Part shown: positions 38,901-51,627 of the stretch, in pieces
How positions within the stretch are numbered: position 1 is the stretch's first letter
Layout: every line of letters begins with the position of its first letter
Assembly: GCA_951406725.2 (NCBI GenBank)
Contig: OX597818.1
Span: 22,010,001 to 22,074,000 of the forward strand
Length of the DNA stretch: 64,000 bases
Source: Octopus vulgaris
Taxonomy: Eukaryota
Direction: 5' to 3'
Position numbers and translations under genes: made by a program
The notes under the pieces: generated by a model
Database searches by the model: none
Seen by the model: only the letters and a program-made list of their open reading frames with translations
What the model was told of the DNA's origin: nothing

Positions 38901-39889
38901 TTACAACAAGGAGACACATTATTATTATTATTTTTTTTTTTGTAGAATCATTAAAGTTACTGTTCCATTATCCAAGGAATGTGTTGTGTAGAATGGGTAA
39001 AGAAGCTTCTTGACCATGGTTTGTAAGTTCTGATAGGAGTTCATATTTTGTTATTACAAATGGGTAGTGTACAGGTATTAATTCCATGTGGTGTTGCACC
39101 TAAGATGGTGACACTGCTGGCTTGCAAGCTAGTTCAAAGGCACTTACCTTTAGCGGGAAGAGAGATATAAGCAATAAAAAACCTCCAATATTAGTATTTT
39201 CCATATTTTCAGTATTTTATATTGTCATCCACTTCACCTCTAACCTTCCTAGCGAACAGAGACTTCAAACAATCCCCACACCACTATAGCACCACTGATA
39301 TCTTCATCCTTCTAGCTGAAACCATTTCTTGGATTCTTAGCCAAGAATTGAAACCTTAGCTTAGATTTTTATACAAGACCTTTTCTTAATATTTGGCATT
39401 GGTACTTGGAAATTTATGAGTTCACCTTTCACTCTTATCTTGTTCCTTTGTCTGAATTAGCCTTTTACAGTCGACTGTAAAGAATGCAAGTTACTTGGCC
39501 TGATACCTGATTATTTGTTCCAGCTCATTTTCTTTTACAGCCTATCATTGATATTGAAAGAGGTTTAAGGTGTCAAGCTGGCAGAATTGTTAGCATGCTA
39601 GGCAAAATGCTTAGCAGCATTTTGTCTGCCTTTATATTCTGTGTTCAAATTCCACTGAGGTCGACTTTGCCTTTCATCCTTTCAGGGTTGATAAAATAAG
39701 TACTAGTTGAATACTGGAGTAAATTATATTGACTTACCCCTCCCTTGAAATCACTGGCTTTGCTCCAAAATTCGAAACCAATATTAAGAGTGGTTTACAT
39801 CAAGAACTATAGTTTAATGACATTTCCTTCAACACTGAATAATATTTAAATTGCTGCAATTCTAAACTTTATAAATAATTCATCCTCAT

Positions 39890-40330
39890 CATTATCATCA
39901 TTTAACGTCCGCTTTCAAAGCTGGCATAGGTTGGATGGTTTGACTGAGTGCTGGCAAGCCAGAAGGCTGCACCAGGCTCCAATATGATCTGGCAAAGTTT
40001 CTACAGATGGATGCCCTTCCTAACGTCAACCACCCTGAGTGTGTAGTGGGTGCTTTTTACATGCCATCGGCATGAGGGCCAGTCAGGTGGTACTGGCATT
40101 TATCACGCTTGAATGGTGGTTTTTATGTGTCACCAGCACAGGTGGTACTGTCATCGGCCACAACAATGACTTCACTTGACTGAACAGGTTTTTGCAAGTG
40201 CAGTTTATTGCCCAATGATTGAAGGGTACACTTAAATGGGCCAGTTATGCTGCACTAGCATAGGCCACAGTTATAGTCTCACTTGGCTCACCAGGTCTTC
40301 TCAAGCACAGCATATCTCCAAGGTCTCAGT
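39890..40330 (-). mobile_element. RTE 3'-end copy; similar tails at 18310-18480 (-), 28280-28470 (+), 45447-45705 (-), 51200-51380 (-), 56390-56600 (-), 59910-60060 (+), 60530-60838 (+) and 62545-62780 (-)
   Basis: Shared terminus catcatcatttaacgtccg.tttcca...gcat.ggttgga...ggatgcccttcctaa. Confidence 0.85.
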
Positions 40331-41239
40331 CTCATTGTATTACACTATTTTCTTACAGGCATTGTTGCTTTACACAGACATTACTGCATTTTAGACAATG
40401 ATGTATTATCAACAATTGCTGCACTACAGTTTCATTGCTGTACATTACTGTTCTTTAGACACTGTCTCAATACAGATACTGCTGCACACAAACATAGCTA
40501 CACTATAGACATTGTTCTCATTACAGGCATTACTGCATTATACATCGCTTCATTACAGTTGTTACTGTTTAACAGAACTTTATAAATCATTAATAAAATC
40601 AATAATTTACTTAAACAACATATGCTGAAACGTTTAGGATCTGTCAACTCACTAACATGTTATTCACAGACTTTCTATACTACTGATCTTGAACACATGT
40701 ATAATGTATATAGTTACACTGTAGATATGGTTCCAGGTTCAATCCCATTATGTGACACTTTAGACATGAACCTGTTGCTGTAGTTTTCAGGTTGACAGAA
40801 ATTTGATGGATGGAAATTATGCAGAAATGTGTGTGCATGTGTATATGAAAGAGTGTATTTATGTGTGTATACTGGTGTAAGAGCAGTACATGAAATTGCA
40901 CATGAAAAAAGTGAAATTTAGTCAATTGATAAATATAGATTTATAGAATAAGCATCAAACTGAAATAAATACTGGGTTGAGATGATCGACTCAGATGGCT
41001 GAAGGTACTACCCCAGCATATTTATAATTCAATGAGTGAAACCAATAAAAGAATAAATGAATATGTAAGTAGATATTTTGTAAAGAGTGACTAAAACACC
41101 TGCTGTATAGATCCATATAGGCACATATGCTAATAAGGATGTTTGTTTCAATAGAAAGCCTAAACCAACAAGAAAGTGGTCCAACACAAAGAGAAACCTA
41201 ACAAGAGAATCTGAACCTATGATTAAAGTCAAACCACTG

Positions 41240-41430
41240 AAGGAGAGGGGTCAGGTTAATGAGGGATCTAATGAAGGAGCTTAAAATAATAAGGGAATGA
41301 GCTAAAGAGGAAACTTGGTCTATCAAGGAGCTCAGTACAACAAGAGGGTGAGCCAACAGGGGAGTTCAGTTTAACAAGGTGGTGTGCCTAGAAGGGAGCT
41401 CAAGCTAATAAGGGATTGAGCCAAGGAATA
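41240..41430. repeat. Degenerate ~30-bp minisatellite (about 5-6 units)
   Basis: Recurring gagc(c/t)aa..gggagctca...aa(c/t)aaggg. Confidence 0.55.
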
Positions 41431-43779
41431 AAAATTGAAGAAAACTATGAATAACGTATTCCTAGATACATATATCCAAGAAAAATGTTAGTTGATCATG
41501 GTCTGAGATAACCATTAGCACAAGTCGTTAATGAGCTAATGAAATGGCTTATATTTAGTTACTTGACCTGTTTCAAAGTAACCCTCATAAATCTTACTTT
41601 ATACCACCAATTAAACAAATTAGATAATTTTTTGAATTACAAATTTTCATAGCACTGTTGTTTATCTTTATTTTACTTTTTATGTCAAGTGGATAGTTTC
41701 TTACATGTAACATTTTTCACTGTTGAGTTGGGCTAAAATGAATTCAGCTCAACAAGACAAATTTATAAAAAAATGTGTATGTATAACTCATATAAACAGG
41801 TGATTTTCTTTCTAAGTATCTCTATGCAAAGTATTTATAAGTCAGAAGTAGGTATTCCAATAAAAACTGAAGAAAAATTAATTCATATCTTTAGTTTTCA
41901 TAGCTTTAAGTACATGAAATATAGATTTTACACCCTTCAAATAGGATGATGTCTTCTCTCCCTCTCTCTCAGGTAACTTTACTGTGAAGAAGAGTTAAAC
42001 TCAGCACTGCCAGTCATCTCTATGCAAAACGTTCATATCTAATCAATAAAACAGATAATTCTTCTCTGGTCCACATTGATTTATAGGGGTACTGCTTATG
42101 TCTCGATAGAATGCTGGTCTATTAGAAGTAAACTATGGAACATACAGAACGGGGTTCTGACAGCCAATGAAACAATGCTGCTGTTACTATTGTAGCAAAT
42201 TATACTATAATAGAGACCTCAAAACATCTTTTAAAAAGAACAAAGCAACTTAGTATCCCCCTTCAAAAAGACCAAGACACAATCACATCACATATCAAGG
42301 CAATGGTCTTGAAACAAACAACTTATAGCTGGATTTCCCCAGATTATTAACAATACTAGACTTCACAATGTTTAATAATCAATCATTGTGACATTAAATC
42401 TAAATCATTGCCAAAGCAGCATCATAAAGACTAGGCTTACTTCTCAAGATTGAAAAATACCTTTAGCTCTGACGCTTTATAAAGCTAAAGTGTAATTGGC
42501 ACTAGGGTACTACTCATCTGGGGTGGTACTGTTGTTATTAATAAACTTAGCTGTCACTCACAAGCAGCTTGTAGATTGTATCCTACTTTGGCTAATTGTT
42601 TTAGGGGCCGATTAAGTCATGAGCAGGCACAAACACTCTTTTGTTCCCCACCTATCTTTGACTCATAGGAACAGTGAAGATGTGATAGTTGGAGGAAGAC
42701 AGAGGACTGCATCAGCACACTGTTGAACAGACTGGAGCAACTTAAAATGATGCACCCTGCCAAAGGACACAGTCCAGAACTCAAACCTTATGACTATGTG
42801 CCGAATGGCCTAACTTCTAGGTTACACGCTACTATATTACTGCAATACTTCCAAACATGAAGGCACATGGCTCAGTGGTTAGAGCATCAGGCTCACAATC
42901 ATGAGGTTGTGAGTTTGATTCCTGGACCAGGCTGTATGTTGTGTCCTTGAGTAAGACACTTTATTTCATGTTGCTCTACTTTAGTCATCTGTAGAAATGA
43001 ATTGCAATGTCACTGATACCAAGCTGTATTGGCCTTTGTCTTTCCCTTGGATAACATCAGTGGCATGGAAAGAAGAGGCTGGTATGCATGGGTGGCTGCT
43101 GGTTTTCTATAAACAACCTTGCCCAGGCTTGTGCCTTGGAGGGGAACTTTCTAGGTGCAATCTCATGGTCATTCATGACCAAAGGGGATCTTTACCTTCT
43201 TTCACCTTTTACACCCAAACATTTTAGACTGTGACCAAAGGGCAACCAATCACTTGTTCGGCGAAGACCCAGTCACTATGGTCCTACAGCTACTAGTTAA
43301 CCATTTCTTCTCTCAATCTCTTCCATTGCCACTATTGCAATGATCTCTGTTTCACTGAACCATCAAAACACAATCGATCATACTAAACATTTTACCTAAC
43401 CATTATTCCCCATAACAGCTATTCTTTGAAATTACCTCCCCCACCTCCTATGACCTACAGCATTCCTGAAAACATTGGCCTGCAGGTAAATTATTGAGAT
43501 TGACCATCAACTGCAACAATTCAACCAGTCTGGGAAAGCCTCCAAAGGTAACAGATACTAAACCCCACACCTACCTTTGAACGATTAATAAACATTCACT
43601 AATAATGCCACAATTGCCAGCATTACTATAATTATCACACTTACATGCCCTGCAATTAACACCATAACCATAACCAACACAAAGACAATCATCACATCTG
43701 TTTCTAATACAAACAACCATCACCTTCATCATCACCAACATCAAAACCACTAAAACCATTTTTGTTGTTCTTGCTCTCA

Positions 43780-43985
43780 TTATTATTATTTTAGTTGTTG
43801 TTGTTGCTATTGCTAGTTTTCTTCTTATTCTTATTCTTCTTATTATTATTACTATTATTATTATTACTATTGCTATTATTATTATTGCTATTATTATTAT
43901 TACTATTATTATTATTACTATTATTATTATTACTATTACTATTATTATTATTACTATTATCATTATTAATATTATTATTATTATC
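43780..43985. repeat. (TAT/TAC/TGT)n trinucleotide microsatellite
   Basis: Seen directly; it explains the poly-L/I/N ORFs. Confidence 0.95.
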
Positions 43986-44690
43986 GACATTACAAGAAGA
44001 AAACAAGGAAGTGAGAGAGTGAAATTGATAGGAAATAATTTTGACAGGATATTTTTCCTTCTTGAAATCAAATCAATAATCAGTTCGGCATTTCCATCAT
44101 TAAAATCAATAATCTGGTTTTCTCAGTCAAGCAAACTAGTTAAAGTAGCCAATACTGGTTTATGCAATATTCCTCAAAGACCTGAGGCCAGTAGCTGTAG
44201 TTATGGTCTAACCCAAGTCAGTCCCAATGAAATACATCACTGATCAAAATAATTCCATTAAAGACCTCCTGCTATTTCTATACAAACTGGTTCACTGAAC
44301 TTCTTCCACCAATTTCCTTAGTCTTTCAACTATTGTTTTTGTATATTCATTTCAACCTCCCCACCACCACTACCATGACTACTACTATTACTACTACAAC
44401 ATGCATATGAAACAATTGAAAAAATTGGTATATGGTCACTTGACCCCATAGAAATTGTAGCCAAATCTTCAAATCCCACTCAACAATTTAAAAAAGTATG
44501 TGTTGCATAATGTAATCTTGAGTCTAAAACTAAAACGGGAATGGTGTGGTTGAAATGCCTTTGACCATAGACTAGTTAGATCAGAAATGACTTGAAATAA
44601 ACAAGAACAGTAAAAATAACAAAGGCGGCAGTGGTGGCGGCAACAACAAAAACAACAACTAGAGCTACATGTATATAGCGGTGGCCGCTT

Positions 44691-44857
44691 AGAAGAAGAA
44701 GAAGAAGAAGAAGAAGAAGAAGAAGAAGAAGAAGAAGAAGAAGAAGAAGAAGAAGAAGAAGAAGAAGAAGAAGAAGAAGAAGAAGAAGAAGAAGAAGAAG
44801 AAGAAGAAGAAGAAGAAGAAGAAGAAGAAGAAGAAGAAGAAGAAGAAGAAGAAGAAG
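44691..44857. repeat. (GAA)~55 microsatellite flanked by a 23-bp direct repeat
   Basis: Perfect GAA run; agagctacatgtatatagcggtg at 44661 and 44856. Confidence 0.95.
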
Positions 44858-45919
44858 AGCTACATGTATATAGCGGTGATAACTTCGTAGTAGGGTTCAA
44901 TCATCATCCTCTTCATCTTACATCCATTTTTTGATGCTGACATGGGTTGGACAGATTTCACATCATCTCAATACTTATTGCAGTTTGCCATAATGCAAAC
45001 TTAGTAACAGAGGAAACCAACCAACTTTGGTATTCTAAGTATATTCCTATTTCTTTTTTCTCAACACTTTACAGCATTGGACTGGATGCATTTTATCATG
45101 TCATTGACACCAGAGAGGCTGCCTGTAGCAAGATGAAATAATCCCTGTAGTCATTTATTATTCTCCCTGACAAGTAGCCTACAATGTGTCTTCATGAGTC
45201 AATGCTTTGTATGTACAATATATGTTCAAGGCAGTGAGCAGGCAGAACCGTAATCATGCTGGGAAAAATGCTTTGTGGCATTTCTTCTAACCTTTACATT
45301 CTGAGTTCAAATGCTACCAGGATCAACTTTGACTTTCATCCTTTCAGGGTTGATAAGACAAGTACCAGTTGAACACTGGGATCGATGTAATTGACTTATT
45401 ACCTCCGCCCAAAATTGGTGGCTTTGTGCAAAAATGTGATATATATCATCATCATCATCATCATCATCGTTTAACGTCCGCTTTCCGCGCTAGCACGGGT
45501 TGGACGGTTTGACCGGGTCTGGGAAGCCAGGGGCCGCACCAGGCTCCAGTCTGAATCTGGCAGAGTTTCTACGGCTGGATGCCCTTCCTAACGCCAACCA
45601 CTCCGTGAGTGGATTGGGTGCTTTTTACGTGCCACCTGCACAGGGGCCGGAGGGTCCGGCATCGTCACGATCGGTTCGAGCATTTTAACGTGTCAGCGGC
45701 ACGGGGGCAACGAGGTCCGGGGTACTTTGGGGATCCAGGGTACTTTGGGGATCCGGGGTACTTAGAATGAGTAGGGGGTATGTGGAATTGCTGCAGAAAG
45801 CAGCCCGGGTCTTTGTAGTCACAGCATTTATCGTCACTGAGTAAGGAAGGGTTGGTGTAGGTTCCTAAGAAATAAAGACATTCGTTATCGTCACTGAGTA
45901 ACGTTATTAGGTAGAGGAA

Positions 45920-45959
<40 letters not shown>

Positions 45960-46191
45960 TAAGAGAGAGATGATACACATACACACGTGTGTTTGTATGA
46001 AGGCATATGGCCTAGTGGTTAGGGTGCTGCACTCACGACTGCAAGATCATGGTTTCAATTCCCAGACTGGCAGTGCATTGTGTTCTTGAGCAAAACACTT
46101 CATTTTACGTTGCTGTCAAAGATATATCAATGCAAGGAAGCATATTGAGGCTAGGAGTGATAAAAAACATCCAATTTACTGGTGAATACAA

Positions 46192-46242
<51 letters not shown>

Positions 46243-46716
46243 CTAAAATTTATATTATTAGAAAATTAAAAAATAATAAATTAAATTGATTAGAACTACC
46301 AGTGAAGTCATTGTTTTTCTTTTTTCAAATATACATTTATATAAGGAAAGAGATAACAAAGGAATAAATTATTAACTTATGTACTTCATCAGCTTACAGG
46401 AGTTTCTGCTGTAAGATGTACTAGACTCATATTTAAGTGCCTGAATAACACCTTATAGCCTCATTGGAGCCTTAAACACACACACACACACATATATATG
46501 TATGTAAATATGTACATAATGTATATATATTTATATGTTGGACCGCTGAACTCTACAAGTTTTTTTCCTCCCTCTCTGTATATTTTCTCTTATTCCTTTC
46601 TGTGGAAGAGTGTAGGCTTGAAACGCAAAAGACTTTTTTCATTTTTCCTGAGTATCAAACTAATACACTTGCTTGCTGTTCATACACTTGTCTTCATATG
46701 TTTTTCTATAAATTTC

Positions 46717-46786
<70 letters not shown>

Positions 46787-46856
46787 AAGAGTTAAGGAAT
46801 GGAGTAAGGAATGCTTGAAGCTAACTTTCTTCCTACATCTTGATGCTTGGATCTTA

Positions 46857-46908
<52 letters not shown>

Positions 46909-47439
46909 TAATATAAACATGTGTGTGATTGTGTGTGTGTGTGTACGTGTGTGTGTGTGTGGCAATGAAAGTTAGTGGGTCACAGGGGGATAGTGTGTGT
47001 ATCTACTTCTGAATTTTTAATTTTTTTCAATATTTTTATGTCCAGTGTGAATATATTTTCCTCTATAAAAGACCTTCCTACCAAGAAATCAATAAAACAA
47101 AATGCCAAGTAATGGAGACAGTTATTATTGGCTATCATTCATTGGATTTCTAACAATAAAATTATATTTATTTATTAAAATTATGCATGTATATTTTATT
47201 AGCATCCATAATAACGTACAATATATAGGCTAATTTATATATTGGTTAATTTATAGCTTACTATACAGTATGTTTGTAATTGTGTGTATATATACATGTA
47301 GTTGTATATGAGTATAATTGTGCTTTTGAATATATGTTCACATCTGCCTTCTGGCAACTTTGCATCAAACCCACAATACTTTAATCTGCTACCAAAGCTG
47401 TGTTAAGACTTGTAAAATTGTTAGAGGTCTTGTGAAATT

Positions 47440-47575
47440 TGTTTCAACCACGAAACCAACGGTTGGAAAATGTGGACACCCAAACTGTGGAACCTGCTTG
47501 AAGGCTCGGATTTCCTTTTCAAACAAGGACAGAGGTTCACAATTAAAACTAGTTTCACCTATGCCTCTGAGAGCG
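47440..47575 (+). mobile_element. Small Penelope-type linker/GIY-YIG fragment
   Basis: PTVGKCGHPNCGTC...FKQGQRFTIKTSFT resembles the CxxxxCxxC motif that precedes the PLE endonuclease. Confidence 0.55.
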
Positions 47576-49302
47576 TATGTATGATCCTTTTTGTGCGTGC
47601 GTGTGTGTGTGTGCGTATATAGGCATGTGTGTGTGCGTGCATAAGGGTATGTACATATATAGAAGTGGTTTACTCTTTGTATACTCCCTTATGCCTTTTT
47701 TCTGTATTGTTACCCTTAGCCCTGTTTTTTCTTGTGCTTGTGCGCATATAGACACGTGTCTATATACCTTTATGATGCGCGCGTGTGTGTGGGGGGGTTG
47801 TATGTATACACATATACATTTGGCGAATGGTGAGAGTGAAGATGTGTATGTTTTCAAGTGAGGGTGGATGAATGTATACTTTTAGGTGCACACACGTGGG
47901 TGTGCGGGCATGTATGTGTAGGTATGAATATATGCGCTTATGCAAATACTATGAACTTACTTTTACTCCTCCCCTTACTTAGAAGTCATTCAAATAGCTC
48001 TTTTGTCTTAATAACGGTCAATCACACAATAATTTCTCTTTGTATAATGGTCATTTTTCATTGCATTTTCCCGATGGCCAGATAACTGAAGAAATGACAG
48101 CGTGGATTTCCACCTCGGCATCCGAAACTCAGAATTTTATCATGGCTACCAAATAATTGTCACATATTACATTTACAGATATATATATACACACACACAT
48201 TATCATCATCATCATCATCTAGATATATATATATATATATATATGTATGCATGTATGGGTGTGTATGTCTTTGTGTCTGTGTTTATCACTCCTTACACTC
48301 TGCTTGACAACCAGTGTTGGTTTGTTTACGTCCTTGTAATTTAAGTAGTTCAGCAAAAGAGACTGATAGAATAACTACCAGAGTAAAAAGAATATAATTA
48401 CTGGGAATATGGGAACAATTTGTTAGATTAAACTTCCCAAAGCAGTGCTCCAGTATGACCACAGTCCAATGACTGAAAGAAGTAAAAAACAGAAGATCTC
48501 TCTCTCTTTCACATACGCATGCACTTTCATAAATACAGACAGAAAAACTAAGATGTTTCTGGAATTTAACGCTAACTGCTTTGTTAAAAAGATGGAAGGA
48601 AGAGACTAAAATGAAATACAGTAAAAAAAATATGACCTAATCTGAATTAAAGAATTATATCAAAGAGGAACACAAGTTTCATAAATAAGTTGTTTTTATG
48701 AAAGTCTTACCAGACTTACAATCGATTGAAGAAGGCAGTCAGATCATAAGACACTTATCAGCACCATATGCAAAATTCTAACAATCAATAAAAGGAAAAT
48801 AGGCAATTTTACCTTTTCATTTTTACATCGTCTGAGATAGCAAAAGAAAATACTACACAAAGCTAACATTTTTCCTTCTGAGAGAATTCAGAAAATTGTT
48901 AAAAGAGCTCTACAAAAATTGGAATTCAGAATTTTTTTTATAGGTCTTGCTGTAAATATCATGTGGTGATCTTTAATAAATTTAAGACCATGGTAAGACA
49001 TGGTAGTAGCATCATATATTACTTGGATTGTTAGTCTTTGGGGCTGCTTGAGAAGGGTGAGTTTTGGAGTGATACTCCTTACAGAATTGCAACATATCTT
49101 TCTCTGTGTGTGTGTGTGTGTGTGTGTGTGCACATATATAAACCACCTTGAAAAATTTTTAGTTGAATGAATCAACCCAAATACTATTTTTTTGCTGAAC
49201 TGCTAACTTACGGTGACATAATCATACCAACACCAGTCAAGCAGTGGTGCTGGGACAAACACAAAGACACACATGCACACACACACACATACATATAAAT
49301 AC

Positions 49303-49344
<42 letters not shown>

Positions 49345-49467
49345 TACAGTGTAGTCTATTCTTAGCTACAATAGCAACAACATGGATTTCTTCCATCTTC
49401 TTGCTCTGTTAAAGTATTTGAGAAAAATTATATTAATGTGTCTAACTGATTAAAATTCTATTAATTT

Positions 49468-49555
49468 GTGCAGCTGATGATAGCTTTGCATTTAAATTGA
49501 TGTAATCATTGCATTGTTCAATTAAATGGAGCCGCTTGAAATGGTCATACTGCAT
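49468..49555 (+). ncRNA. Type I hammerhead ribozyme in a short coding-free module
   Basis: gugcag CUGAUGA uagc..cauuuaaauuga/ucaauuaaaug..gcuu GAAA UGGUCA UA cugcau. The core is intact and stem I pairs over 6 bp. Confidence 0.7.
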
Positions 49556-49739
49556 CACTTCTTGATATCCTGTTGCTTATTTTCATCTTATTCATCTTAC
49601 TTTGAGTTGTGTGGATAATACCGGACTGACTTGGTGCTTCAACTTAAGTACCTAATTCAACTGAATCTCAATTACTTCTTATATATATACATACATATAT
49701 ATATAAATATAACACTGACATCTCATTTTAACAGATATA

Positions 49740-50544
49740 TTCACCAAAATTACATAAATAAATATCTTGAAGTACTAAAGAGTAAATTTACGCAATAAAA
49801 TTGCCATTGGCTTCAACTATGGCCTCCAAACGACTTCAGAATCTCTTGCAACTCTTCTGGCCTATCTCTTTGTTAAGTTGGTGAATGCTGCCATAATCCT
49901 TACCTTCAGTTCATCTTTGGTGTTACAAGGAGTTTTGTTGGTTTCTCGCTCAACAGTGCCCCACACATAATAATCAAGGGGGTTACAGTTTTAGGAGTCA
50001 GGTGGCCAGATGTTAAGGGTGATGTGGTCACAGAAATTGTCTAACAGCCACGACTGGGTTCTCCTGCTTATGTGGCATGGTGCAAAGTCCTGTTGCCAGA
50101 TATAAGATCTTCCAACAGCCACCCTCTTGACACGGCGCAGCACCACTTCCTTCCTTGAAGTAGACCTCCATGTTGAATGTGACAGTGCGTAGGAAGATGA
50201 AAGGAGGCACAATGTTGTCATCATTAATGATCACTCCAAACACCATGATGCTGACAGGATGTTTGGTTTTTATCACTCCCGGTACATGTCCTCAGATTGA
50301 TACCCAAACACTCTGAAATATTCGTATTGGAGTTTCCGGTGCTAATACAAAGCAGTACAGCATGTTGTTTCCAAATTTCTAGCAGAGTGAATTGCGTCAT
50401 GGTGCTATTTTTCTTACAGATGATGCTGAACTGACCCTATTATATTGTGTAGTTGACAAAATCAAAAACAAAAGAAAAACAAACAATGCACATGCGCAAA
50501 CTTAAAAATATAAAATGGTGACAATTTACCCATCGCACCGTGTA
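49740..50544 (-). mobile_element. Internally deleted Tc1/mariner (DD37D, maT-like) transposon relic
   Basis: MVFGVI...WQQDFAPCH.SRRTQSWL..WPPDS..CNPLDYYVWG gives D37D spacing. TA-CACGGTGCGATGGG TIR-like end at 50544. Confidence 0.85.
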
Positions 50545-51551
50545 TGTACATTGTTTTCATTGTTAAAAAGTTTGTTTCCTTGTTTTGTTTCTATGTTTTC
50601 ATTTCTCGTTGTGTTCTACATTTATTTGTGGTGTCCTGTACTCATATATGCATGTATATATACATATAGATGTAGGTTTGTACATATATGTATGTATGTA
50701 TGCATATGTTTTATTTATTAAATTGTTATTTTATATATATATATGGCAAGCTTTGTTCAGTTTCTTTCAATCAAATCCACTCATGAGGCTTTGATCACAT
50801 GCCCAAGCTGCCATGCAGTGGGATGAATCCAGAACCATATGGTTGGGAAGCACATACACACACACACATACTCATAAACATACAGGCATCCTTAAAATAT
50901 AGATTTTGATTTTTTTTTAAGTAGAAAAAAACTCTCTCTCTTTTACACACACACACACACACACATACTTTCATACATACAGACAGAAACATTAAGATGT
51001 TTCTAAAATTTAGTTAAAAAGAAAATGAAAGAGAATATTAAAGAAGTATTGCCAGGATATGGAATTCAGTGATGTGAAATGTATTACCTACAGATTTGCA
51101 TGTTAATTGACTTTCTTGGAAAATAGGTTTCACCTAATGGAATTTCTTGTTACAGCAAGATTTTCAGTTACACAATGCTTCTGTAATGCAGAAGGTGCCT
51201 ATCATGATCAACATTTCACATCCATGTTCCATGTTGAAATGGATTGGACAGTTTGACAGGATCCAATGGGCCTGAGGATTTCATCATGCTACAGTGTCTG
51301 CTTTGGCATAATTTTTATGGTTGGATGCTCTCCCTAATGTCAACCATTTTATAATGTATACTGGGTGCTTTTTTTCTACCACCACCACTAGTGAGGTTGA
51401 CATGCAGCAGAGGGCAACTTTATGCTAGAAGAATGAGTAGGGAGGGGTAAAGGATGAGAGAGCAAAATAAGTTTCTTTTATGTTGGGAAGCTATATGACT
51501 ACTTATATTTTAGAAGAGAGGGCAAGTATAGCGGAGCTGGGATATGTATAT

Positions 51552-51627
<76 letters not shown>

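Noticed and set aside
43571-44900. Poly-I/L/N/S ORFs
   Set aside because: They are translations of trinucleotide microsatellites.
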